64,000 bases of DNA from Candidatus Iainarchaeum sp. GTDB lineage: Archaea > Iainarchaeota > Iainarchaeia > JAGGVJ01. The notes beneath the pieces are model-generated. The model saw only the letters and a program-made list of their open reading frames with translations. It did no database searches and was not told where the DNA came from. The DNA lies in assembly GCA_021158055.1 (NCBI GenBank), contig JAGGVJ010000019.1:23940-87939 (forward strand). Reading direction: 5' to 3'. Below are positions 20,641-29,164 of this stretch, in pieces; the stretch's first letter is position 1, and each line of letters begins with the position of its first letter. The position numbers were made by a program, and so were the translations under genes.

Positions 20641-23331
20641 ATGGTCAATGATTATGAAATAAAAGAAAAGCTTGAATTGCTTGAGTCCCCTGGCCAGGAT
20701 GGCTTTTTTATAGGCATGAAAAAAAGCGCGGTTTCTCAAGGTGCCACGCAAACTTCTCTTTTTGTCGGAAAAACAACGGAAAGTTCGCAGGACATGGAAA
20801 AAATCAGTCTTGATTCGTCTTCCCCGCACGTTGTTTTTATCTGCGGTATGAGGGGTTCTGGAAAGTCTTATTCTCTGGGAGTGATTGCCGAAGAACTTGC
20901 GCTAAAGAACAAGAACATAGGGATAATTTTAATTGACCCCATAGGGGTTTTCTGGAGCATGAAATACCCGAACAGCGAGGAAAAAGAGATAAAGCGGCTT
21001 GCTTCCTGGGAGCTGATGCCGAAAGGTGTTGACGGGGTAAAGGTGTTTGTTCCGCTCGGGGCTTCAAAAAAAGTTCCGAAAGAAACAATCGACAGGACTT
21101 TTTCGGTTTCCCCCGCAGAGCTCACGGTTGACGAATGGTGCCTTACTTTTGGCATGGACCGGTTTTCTCCGGGCGGTTTGTTGATTGAAAAAGTGCTTGA
21201 GCGGGTAAGGGAAGGCTACAAAACAAAGACAGGCACGGCTCCTGCAAAAGGAAATTCTTACGGCATTGAAGATATGCTTTCGTGCATTGATGAAAGCGAT
21301 GACATTACAAGCGCAAGAAGGGGTTATAAGCAGGAAACCAGGCGTTCGGTTATGTCAAGGCTTGAAGCGGCCAAGTCATGGGGGATTTTTTCAAGTTCCG
21401 GAACCCCTCTTAGCGAGCTTTCAAGGGAAGGCCAAATCTCGGTTGTTGACACGAGTTTTCTTGAAGAAAACGTGGCTGCTCTTCTCATAGGGATACTTGC
21501 AAAAAAAATTCTTGCTTCAAGGAAGCTTGCTGCAAGGTCAAGTGCCATGAGCCGGCTTAGCTCACTGGAAGTGAACGAGTTAATGGAGTCAGATATTCCC
21601 CCGACATGGCTTTTTTTGGACGAAGCCCATACTTTGATTCCGAGCGGCACAGGGAAAACTGCCGCGACAGATGCATTGATTGAGTATGTCAAGCAGGGCA
21701 GGCGCCCGGGCTGTTCTCTTGTGTTTGCTACCCAGCAGCCGTCGGCAATTGACATGCATGTGCTTTCCCAGGTGGACATAATGATGGTTCACAAGTTGAT
21801 TTTTGACGATGACATAAAGGCAGTTTACAAGAGGATGCCGTGCGTTATGCCTAAAGAAATCACAAAACAAAACATCATAAAGTCGCTTCCGGTTGGCATT
21901 TCGATAATCGGTGACAGGAGAGAGGAGACTTCACGTGCGTTTTTGCTTGAGATTCGCCCCAGGCTTAGCCAGCACGAGGGCCGGGACATGCAGACAGGTG
22001 AATCAACGCAGGTTCTTGGGACAGAGGGGGTCAAAGACCTTGTTGAGACCATGCTTTTGAAAAAGCTTGAACAGTCACGGATAAGCGAGGCAAAGCTGAA
22101 AGAGTTGATTTCCACTTTGAACAAGCGTTACAATGTGTCTTTGACTGAAAAAAAGATCATAAAAAGCCTTGTTGATTCAAAACAAGCTGTTTTTGAAGGC
22201 GGTTTCCTGATGCTTCCCGGAAAACAGCGTTTTGCATTGTCGTCTTCCGCGAAGAAAGGGGCTGTTGATGAAAATCCTTCCGGTGTTGAAAGTGAAGCTG
22301 AAGTGGACACAAAGCTAAAATTGATTTCAAAAAAAATCAGGAAAAAAGGTTTAAGCGGAGAGCCGGATGAAAAAAATGATGGGGGTTTGGATTCAGGAAA
22401 AAATGTTGATTCTGTAAAAACAATACTGGAAAAAGAAAACAAAAAACCGGCTTCTTTAGAAAAGAGTCTTTCTTCAGCGCTTGAAACCGTGAATTCTGCT
22501 TCAGGCAATGAATTTGATGTGGTTTCTGAAAACACTGAAATGGTATCGTTTGTAATAGGCATCTCAAAGGAAAAGGTGCGCAGGATAATTGAAAAGGTGC
22601 GCAGGAAAAAAACTTTTGGGGTTTTTGGCGATGAAGAAGAGATCGAGGAAATCGACCAGGTGTTTTTGCCTGTCTGGAAAATCCAGTTCAATCATTTCAG
22701 GGAACCGAAAAAGTTCAGGAAACTTGAGTGTTTTGTTGACGCCTTAAACGGAGAGTTCTTGTTTTACGGGGGCCCTCAAAAAGGGTTTTTTCATTCAAGC
22801 GGTTTTGCCGTGATGGCTTCCCTTAATTATAACAAGCAAAGGGTGCTTTGGCTTTTAAGCGAGAACTTAAACGGTTTATCATTCAGTCAGGGGAAAGTTG
22901 ATTTGGCTGCATTGTCAGAAAAAATAGACATGAAGGAAGAGTCGTTGAAATCCGTATTGAACCAGCTCATTGAAAACGGGCTTGTGGAAAAAAACGAGGA
23001 AAAAGACGCTTATTTCCTTTCGCATGAAATATCTGTTCCGAAAGACCCTGATTCAAAAATTGTTTCAAGCCCGCAAGACATTATTTTTATGGAGACGGAG
23101 CCGGAGGGTTCTTTTGTGAAGCATCCGGAAACAAGGTCAAAGGACATCGCGCTGCACTTGAGGCAGATCTGGCCGAATGTTTCCGTGAAAAAAGTCGAGA
23201 CGGTTTTCAGGCCCATGTGGAGGGTCACCCTTGACCTTCTCGGAAGGAAACGCGAGGTTTACGTGGACGCGGTCACAGGCAAAACTTACCTTGAGAAAAA
23301 GAACGTGGGGCTCAGGAAAAGAATTGAGTGA
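20641..23331 (+). CDS. HerA/FtsK-superfamily (DUF87-like) P-loop ATPase fused to a roughly 450-aa uncharacterised C-terminal region
   Basis: Walker A VFICGMRGSGKSYSLG. Walker B DEAH-type WLFLDEAHTLIP. HerA-like LVFATQQPSAIDMHVLSQVDIMMVHKL. Low-complexity linker, then a wHTH-like segment and two copies of a VFxPxWxxx...VDAxxGxxY motif (VFLPVWKIQF...FVDALNGEF and VFRPMWRVTL...YVDAVTGKTY). Confidence 0.65.
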   Translation: MVNDYEIKEKLELLESPGQDGFFIGMKKSAVSQGATQTSLFVGKTTESSQDMEKISLDSSSPHVVFICGMRGSGKSYSLGVIAEELALKNKNIGIILIDPIGVFWSMKYPNSEEKEIKRLASWELMPKGVDGVKVFVPLGASKKVPKETIDRTFSVSPAELTVDEWCLTFGMDRFSPGGLLIEKVLERVREGYKTKTGTAPAKGNSYGIEDMLSCIDESDDITSARRGYKQETRRSVMSRLEAAKSWGIFSSSGTPLSELSREGQISVVDTSFLEENVAALLIGILAKKILASRKLAARSSAMSRLSSLEVNELMESDIPPTWLFLDEAHTLIPSGTGKTAATDALIEYVKQGRRPGCSLVFATQQPSAIDMHVLSQVDIMMVHKLIFDDDIKAVYKRMPCVMPKEITKQNIIKSLPVGISIIGDRREETSRAFLLEIRPRLSQHEGRDMQTGESTQVLGTEGVKDLVETMLLKKLEQSRISEAKLKELISTLNKRYNVSLTEKKIIKSLVDSKQAVFEGGFLMLPGKQRFALSSSAKKGAVDENPSGVESEAEVDTKLKLISKKIRKKGLSGEPDEKNDGGLDSGKNVDSVKTILEKENKKPASLEKSLSSALETVNSASGNEFDVVSENTEMVSFVIGISKEKVRRIIEKVRRKKTFGVFGDEEEIEEIDQVFLPVWKIQFNHFREPKKFRKLECFVDALNGEFLFYGGPQKGFFHSSGFAVMASLNYNKQRVLWLLSENLNGLSFSQGKVDLAALSEKIDMKEESLKSVLNQLIENGLVEKNEEKDAYFLSHEISVPKDPDSKIVSSPQDIIFMETEPEGSFVKHPETRSKDIALHLRQIWPNVSVKKVETVFRPMWRVTLDLLGRKREVYVDAVTGKTYLEKKNVGLRKRIE

Positions 23332-23380
23332 TTTTTCCTGTGTTGTTTCGAAGACCGGCTTGCAGTTTTAAGTAAATGAC

Positions 23381-23420
23381 GGTTGAATGGATTATTTGAT
23401 GGTTGAATGGATTATTTGAT
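23381..23420 (+). repeat. Perfect 20-bp tandem duplication (GGTTGAATGGATTATTTGAT x2) spanning the helicase start codon
   Basis: Copy 1 is 23381-23400 and copy 2 is 23401-23420. Copy 1 ATG (23387) opens a 10-codon uORF that stops inside copy 2. Copy 2 ATG (23407) is the helicase start. Confidence 0.8.
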
Positions 23421-25608
23421 TGTTTTAAATGCGTTGAAAGAGATTCCTTTTGGTGTCGGAAAAAATCTTTTGATAGATTTTTTGACTGGGAACAAAACCA
23501 ATGCTTCAGTTGTGAAAAACAGGCTGCACCTGAAAAAAACTTTCGGTTCCATGAGTTATGGCAAAGACGAGTTGAATGCAGTCATAGACAGCCTTATCCT
23601 GAACGGCATGATTCGGGTTGTTTCTCTTCCGGGCAACAGGTTTTGGAGAGTGCTTGAGTTGAGTTCAAGGGGAAGAAAAGAAATCCTTGAGCCGACAATG
23701 CATAAGAGGAAACTTTCCTTTAATTTTAAGGAGACAAAAACAGAAATCACTGAAAATGACAGAAAATTGTTTGAAAAATTCAGGGGATTTCTTTCCGGCT
23801 TCAACGACGAACAAAAAAAATCCATAACATGCGGTAAAAAGCAGGTTTTGTGCATTGCGGGGCCCGGTTCCGGCAAAACCACGGTTCTTACAAAAAGAAT
23901 CGAGTTTTTTGTAAAGCACTGTTGCGTGGACCCGAAACGCATTCTTGCAATCACTTTCACAAGGAAAGCAAGACAGGAGATGGAATCAAGGATTAAAGAA
24001 CTGTCCGGGGATAAGGGTCTTGATTTGGCGCGTGTTGAAACGTTCAATTCTTTTTGCGAGAAGATCTTAAGGCACCACAACAATATTGTCTACAGCAGGC
24101 CTGTCAAGGTGCTCAATTACAGGGACAGGATATCCCTTGTCAACAGGGCTCTTTCAGGCAACGGGCTGAACATGCATCAGGCCGTAAGCAATTATTTCAG
24201 CCCCGCGCAGAGAAGGGGGAAAACACAGGACCAGTTGGCAAACATATTTGTGAATGACTGTTTTTTCATAAGGGATTTTTTCAAATTCAAAAACAAGCCG
24301 ATTACCGGGTCTTTTTTTGACGTGCTGAACGCAGATCACAAGAAAACCGTGAAGATAGTTTTGACTGTCTGTCATTTTATTGAGAAAGCAATGCAAAAAC
24401 AGGGCCTTCGGGATTTTGCAGACCAGCTTGTTGACACGATAGGCCTTTTTGAAAAGCACAGGGAATTGATCCCAAGCTTTGACCATGTGCTGATTGACGA
24501 GTACCACGATGTAAATTCAACCCAGATAAAACTTGTTGATTTGTTGTCCCCCAAAAACCTGTTTTGCGTGGGGGACCCGAGGCAGTCGATTTACGGGTGG
24601 CGCGGTTCAGACATCAAGTACATATTGAATTTTGAGGAAAAGTACCCTGACTGCGAAATAATCACCCTTAAAAAGAACTATAGGTCAACAAAACACATTG
24701 TGGATTTTATAAACACGTCAATCAAGGGCATGGGTTTGCCTGATTTGGAATCCGTGCTCACGGGAAAAAAGGACATTTTTCTTTTGAAATGCGGTTCTGC
24801 GGAGTCAGAGTTTGATTTTGTGGCGAAAAGAATAATTGCCTCACGTGTTCCAAGAGAGGAAATATTTGTGCTTGCAAGGACAAATAAGCAACTGAACGAA
24901 TTGTCCCAGGCAATGAATGTATATGGAGTAAGTCACATTGTCAGAAGCGACGAATTAAGAAAAACCACTTATTTAAGAGAAGGGAACGTGACGCTTGCAA
25001 CAATTCATGCGATAAAAGGGCTTGAAGCGGAAATGGTTTTTGTCATGGGCTGCAACGGCGCAAATTTTCCCTGCAAGGGAAGTGAGCACCCGGTAATTGA
25101 AATTTTGAACCTGAACGATTATGACAAGGAAGAAGAGGAAAAGCGTCTTTTTTACGTTGCATTGAGCAGGGCGAAAAAGTCCATTTGTCTGACGTATTCA
25201 GGTAAAAAGCCGACGAATTTTATCACAAAAGACATGCTTGAATTGATTGGGAAAGATTCAGTTGAAAAAAATTTGGTTTCGCGCGCTAAAAAGCAAAGCG
25301 GCAAAGCAGGCAATGCGATTGCGTCGAAAGTTGTGAGAGCCGGCGGCGGAGCAGTTTCAGGTTTATATGGAAAAAAAGGCGGTGAAACAGGCCATGTTGC
25401 AAGCTTGATGAAAAGGCTTAAGGATTGGAGGCTTGCGTTAAGCAAAGAACAGGGGGTCCCTGCATTTATGGTGATGCATGACCGCACTTTGTTAAACATT
25501 GTGCAAATGAACCCGGCAACACTTGTTGACCTGAAAAACGTGCATGGTCTTGGCCCTGCAAAAATAGAAAAATACGGCCAGAAGATTTTAGATATTGTTA
25601 ACGGTTGA
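23407..25608 (+). CDS. UvrD/PcrA-like SF1 helicase with N-terminal wHTH and C-terminal HRDC domain
   Basis: Walker A AGPGSGKTT. VLIDEYHD (motif II). YRSTKHIVDFIN. TIHAIKGLEAEMVF (motif VI). C-terminal LKDWRLALSKEQGVPAFMVMHDRTLLNIVQMNPATLVDLKNVHGLGPAKIEKYG is HRDC-like, as in RecQ/RNase D. Confidence 0.8.
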   Translation: MDYLIVLNALKEIPFGVGKNLLIDFLTGNKTNASVVKNRLHLKKTFGSMSYGKDELNAVIDSLILNGMIRVVSLPGNRFWRVLELSSRGRKEILEPTMHKRKLSFNFKETKTEITENDRKLFEKFRGFLSGFNDEQKKSITCGKKQVLCIAGPGSGKTTVLTKRIEFFVKHCCVDPKRILAITFTRKARQEMESRIKELSGDKGLDLARVETFNSFCEKILRHHNNIVYSRPVKVLNYRDRISLVNRALSGNGLNMHQAVSNYFSPAQRRGKTQDQLANIFVNDCFFIRDFFKFKNKPITGSFFDVLNADHKKTVKIVLTVCHFIEKAMQKQGLRDFADQLVDTIGLFEKHRELIPSFDHVLIDEYHDVNSTQIKLVDLLSPKNLFCVGDPRQSIYGWRGSDIKYILNFEEKYPDCEIITLKKNYRSTKHIVDFINTSIKGMGLPDLESVLTGKKDIFLLKCGSAESEFDFVAKRIIASRVPREEIFVLARTNKQLNELSQAMNVYGVSHIVRSDELRKTTYLREGNVTLATIHAIKGLEAEMVFVMGCNGANFPCKGSEHPVIEILNLNDYDKEEEEKRLFYVALSRAKKSICLTYSGKKPTNFITKDMLELIGKDSVEKNLVSRAKKQSGKAGNAIASKVVRAGGGAVSGLYGKKGGETGHVASLMKRLKDWRLALSKEQGVPAFMVMHDRTLLNIVQMNPATLVDLKNVHGLGPAKIEKYGQKILDIVNG

Positions 25609-25694
25609 GGGAGAGAACTTTTGGAAAAGATAAATCAAATTTTTTCAAGGCGTCTCTAATCTGTAATTGTAATCTTTGATTTCTTTAATTTAGT

Positions 25695-26213
25695 TCACCA
25701 TTTTTCAAAGTGAATGATTTCCTCAATTTCAGTCAGTTTTTTTGAGGTTGGTTTTGAAGCTGGGTAGCCGACAGGAATCATGCACAATGCATTAATGTGT
25801 TCCGGGATGCTTAATGTGTTTTTTACTTTTTGTTCAATTTCCGGTTCGTTGTAATCTTTTATGTAAACCCAGCATGTCCCGAGCCCGAGCGAGTTTGCGG
25901 CAAGCAATATATTTTCAGCTGCAACTGAAGTTGTTGCAATGTTTGAGGGTGAGAGATTGAGTTTGTTTGAATCAAAACAAACAACGATTACAACAGGAGC
26001 ATCTTTGATAAAACTGCACCAACGGTGTGCTTCGGATAGTTTTTCTTTTGTTTCTTTGTTTCTTATTATGATAAATTCCCATGGTTGTGTATTGCAGGAT
26101 GAAGGGGCGTGTATCGCACAGTCGATCAGTTCTGTGATCAATTTGTCAGGAACGTCCTTTTCCAAATAGGTGCGTATTGACCGTCTTGATTTTAAGCACT
26201 TTATTGTGTCCAT
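25695..26213 (-). CDS. Nitroreductase-family NAD(P)H-flavin oxidoreductase
   Basis: RRSIRTY...HAPSSCNTQPWEFIII N-terminal signature. Confidence 0.8.
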   Translation of the reverse strand: MDTIKCLKSRRSIRTYLEKDVPDKLITELIDCAIHAPSSCNTQPWEFIIIRNKETKEKLSEAHRWCSFIKDAPVVIVVCFDSNKLNLSPSNIATTSVAAENILLAANSLGLGTCWVYIKDYNEPEIEQKVKNTLSIPEHINALCMIPVGYPASKPTSKKLTEIEEIIHFEKW

Positions 26214-26228
26214 GTAATCAATTGTTAA

Positions 26229-26369
26229 TTATTGTTTTCCGATTCTTGACATGCATCTGCTGCACAACCGCGTTTTAGGGTCAAAGCATTTTAGGCAAAC
26301 TTGTGTGCCGCATGCCTGGCATACATTCAGTTCTGCTACTGCACCGCATATTCCGCAAATCCCTTCCAT
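26229..26369 (-). CDS. Unannotated 46-aa zinc-ribbon protein with four CxxC pairs
   Basis: Hand translation of the minus strand gives MEGICGICGAVAELNVCQACGTQVCLKCFDPKTRLCSRCMSRIGKQ*. It lies directly upstream (same strand) of the nitroreductase gene and is below the ORF-track length cutoff. Confidence 0.5.
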   Translation of the reverse strand: MEGICGICGAVAELNVCQACGTQVCLKCFDPKTRLCSRCMSRIGKQ

Positions 26370-26523
26370 AAAAAATCACTCCCAATGTTATTAATTAAAG
26401 TTCGTGTTTAAAAAACAATTGTTTAATAAATTCACTTAGATTAGTAATAGGTAATAGTTTACTGATAGATGGCAATGTATTTATGTGTATAAATTGTGGT
26501 TTATCTGACAAGAGAGTGGTTGT

Positions 26524-27591
26524 TTGAAGACATCATTTCGGTTATTTACGCTTTTTGGAATAGAGGTCCAGTTGCACTTCACTTTTTTGTTTTTATTGTT
26601 TCTCATGGCTCTTTTGGGGCTGACTCCTCTTATTTTTTTTATTGTGTTGTTTGCGTCAGTTATTGCCCACGAGTTTTCCCATTCTATTGTTGCAAAATAC
26701 AGGGGCCTTGAAGTAAGCAGGATCATTTTGACTCCCATCGGGGGAATCGCATTCACGGAAGACATTACAACAGATGCGAAAACCGAGCTGATGGTCTCTT
26801 TTGCAGGACCTGGCTTCAATTTTCTTGTTGTGGCAGTGGTTTGGATGTGGGGGGTTTTTTCCGGAAACACGCAGTTGTTGATTTCAAGCCTTACGGCCGG
26901 GGAAATACCTGAAAGCATTTTCGGGATGATTTTCTACTCAAACTTTGTGCTTGGGGTGTTTAACTTCTTCATGCCTGCTCTTCCTCTTGACGGCGGGCGT
27001 TTTTGGCGCTCGCTTTTGGCATTGAAGATAGGTTATCTGCGTGCAACAAGAGTTTTGATAAACGTAAGCATGATGGTTGCTTTTCTCATGTTTTTGGCAG
27101 GGGTCTTGTTGCCGAGCTTTTGGCTGATGTTAATTGCTGTGTTTATTTACTTTTTTGCTTCAATTGAATACCAGACAATTCTTTTGCAGAATTGCCTCAG
27201 CAGTTCAACTGTCAAAGATGTCATGCAGGAGCATTTTTTGGAGTTTGATGAAGATGTGTTGTTTGAGAGGGCAGTCAATGAACTTCACGAAAAACGCATG
27301 TATTTTGCAGTGATAAAAAAAGGCAGTGAGTTTTTTGTTTTTGATGTGAATAATTTTGAAGTTCTAGACGATACCGTTGAGCTGTGGCAGGCAAAAATAA
27401 TTGACTTTTCAGTTCCGGTTGAGCCGTTGTCGCCTGATGAAAGCGCGATGGATGTTTTCAAGAAAATGGCGAAACAAGGATTGAATGTTGTTCCTGTCCA
27501 GTCAAGAGGAAAAGTTTTGGGGATTGTAACGCGCGAAAGTCTCAGCCTTGAGCTCAAGTTCAAAAGGATTTTGAACGCGGAAAACGAGTGA
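26524..27591 (+). CDS. Site-2 protease-like M50 zinc metalloprotease with C-terminal CBS pair
   Basis: HExxH (IAHEFSHSIV), LDG motif (PALPLDGGRFW), multi-TM core, then two CBS domains. TTG start. Confidence 0.8.
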   Translation: MKTSFRLFTLFGIEVQLHFTFLFLLFLMALLGLTPLIFFIVLFASVIAHEFSHSIVAKYRGLEVSRIILTPIGGIAFTEDITTDAKTELMVSFAGPGFNFLVVAVVWMWGVFSGNTQLLISSLTAGEIPESIFGMIFYSNFVLGVFNFFMPALPLDGGRFWRSLLALKIGYLRATRVLINVSMMVAFLMFLAGVLLPSFWLMLIAVFIYFFASIEYQTILLQNCLSSSTVKDVMQEHFLEFDEDVLFERAVNELHEKRMYFAVIKKGSEFFVFDVNNFEVLDDTVELWQAKIIDFSVPVEPLSPDESAMDVFKKMAKQGLNVVPVQSRGKVLGIVTRESLSLELKFKRILNAENE

Positions 27592-27667
27592 TCTAATCCT
27601 GCTGTTGCAGGAGCCCCACTGAACCCATGTCTTGTGTGATTCCCGCGATGCAGTCAAATGCATGCTT

Positions 27668-28067
27668 TTACTGGTATTCAGTGTATTTTTTGCACGAACC
27701 CCTTGATTTTTCAACAGGGTATTTCTGGTTGTTTTCAATCATTTTTTTGTCAAATTCAGTTACAAGGTCAATGTTGTATTTTTGAGCCATCCTCAAGATG
27801 CAGTAAAGGATGTCTGCGAGTTCCTTGCAGATCTCGTTTCTTGCAGATCTCGTTTCTTGTTTTCGGGGAGTCAAACAGTTCTTCGCATTCTTTTTCTGTT
27901 TTGTATCGAAAGTGTTCCAAAAGTTCTGCGCATTCAATGATTGTTGTTATTGCAAGCTCTTTTCCGCTGTGAAACTGGTCCCAGTCCCGTTCTTCACAAA
28001 ATTCCCTGACTCTTTCCTTCAGTTCTTGCACGTTTGTTTTTGAGTCCATCAAAGACACCTTTTTCAA
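27668..28067 (-). pseudogene. MazG-like NTP pyrophosphohydrolase disrupted by a 16-bp tandem duplication
   Basis: ORFs 27768-28067 and 27668-27937 are the two halves in different frames. A direct repeat ttgcagatctcgtttc x2 sits at 27825-27856. Removing one copy restores an approximately 127-aa MazG-like ORF (EExxE-type helix IIECAELLEHFRYKTEKECEELF). Confidence 0.7.
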
Positions 28068-28214
28068 TGGTTTTTGATTTTTTTAAGAGGCGGTTTGATT
28101 GCTTTGCCTTCAGGTTGGCAACCGGCATTTTTACTACTTTGTCATTTGAAGTTTTAGTACTTTTTGATTGCTTTTGATTGGCGGGTCTCATTTGAACTTT
28201 CAGCTTCGGCACCG

Positions 28215-28303
28215 GCACTGTTGCGAATGCAAAGGGAGCACCGTTGCAAATATACGGGGGCACCGTTGCAAATATACGGGGGCACCGTTGCGAATATAAA
28301 GGA
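28215..28303 (+). repeat. About four tandem copies of a 22-bp repeat (GCACCGTTGCAAATATACGGGG) upstream of a TIM-barrel gene
   Basis: Two perfect copies at 28238-28259 and 28260-28281, flanked by degenerate copies (gcactgttgcgaatgcaaaggga, gcaccgttgcgaatataaagga). Confidence 0.75.
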
Positions 28304-28330
28304 TTGCACCCTTATATGTTGTGTGAAAAT

Positions 28331-29164
28331 ATGTTTCGGATGGGCGTGAACAATGCAGTAAAGTTTGAAAATCCGGTTGAAGAGTTCCTGGATTTTATAA
28401 AGACAGATTTTAGCGCAGCTGAACTTGTTTGCGATTCCCCTGGAAATCTTCCTTCTGATTTTGATTCCGAAAGAATAAAGATTATTCGCGACTTAAGCGA
28501 GTCCCGTGATATCAGGATTTCTTTGCATGCCATTTATCTGGACATAAATCCTGTGAGCGTGGTTCCCCAGGTGCGCGAGTTTGCTGTTGATGAGTTGAAA
28601 AAATCAATTGAGCTTGCATCAGACTTGGGTGCGGGTGTTGTTACAATGCACGCCGGGTATTGTTTTCACTGGTGGAGAATTGACCCGGCCAAAAAGCGCA
28701 TCTTTGACGAGCACGCAGCAGATGTTTTTTGCATGTTAGGGGATTTTGCGCAGGACTGCGGTGTTGTGATCGGGATTGAAAACGGTTCCTGGTTTCTTGG
28801 AACCCCGAAAAAAAACCAGTTGGGTGATGGCTTGACCCCCATGCATTTTTGCATAGATGCCAGGGAGCATTTTGACTTTATAAAAAAAATAGACCATTCT
28901 TGTGTCGGCGTCACCTTTGATATCACAAAAAGTTTTTGCTCCGGAAACGATGTCATAAAACATTTTAAACTGCTGTCAAAAAACATTGTAAACGTGCATT
29001 TGGCAGACCTTTCAGCCATGGAATTTGACAAAAAAGCATTGTTTGCATATCTTGCAAAAAACTATTCCGGAAACATTATCTCCGAAATATGCAATTATGA
29101 TATTGCCCTTTCAAACAAGCTGCAGGTTGAATCCTTTATTGCCACCGGCGCTGATTTTACTTAA
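28331..29164 (+). CDS. Xylose isomerase-like TIM-barrel protein (sugar-phosphate isomerase/epimerase or AP-endonuclease-2 fold)
   Basis: ISLHAIYLDINPVS and ELASDLGAGVVTMHAGY, typical of PF01261. The ORF-track start (28244) reads through the tandem repeats; ATG at 28316/28331 is preferred. Confidence 0.6.
   Translation: MFRMGVNNAVKFENPVEEFLDFIKTDFSAAELVCDSPGNLPSDFDSERIKIIRDLSESRDIRISLHAIYLDINPVSVVPQVREFAVDELKKSIELASDLGAGVVTMHAGYCFHWWRIDPAKKRIFDEHAADVFCMLGDFAQDCGVVIGIENGSWFLGTPKKNQLGDGLTPMHFCIDAREHFDFIKKIDHSCVGVTFDITKSFCSGNDVIKHFKLLSKNIVNVHLADLSAMEFDKKALFAYLAKNYSGNIISEICNYDIALSNKLQVESFIATGADFT

Noticed and set aside
23403-23657. 84-aa + ORF starting in the 20-bp repeat
   Set aside because: It is out of frame with, and fully inside, the helicase gene, and begins within the duplicated sequence.
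27994-28263. 89-aa minus-strand ORF
   Set aside because: It overlaps the 22-bp tandem repeat block and an intergenic region. The basic low-complexity translation is a repeat artefact.
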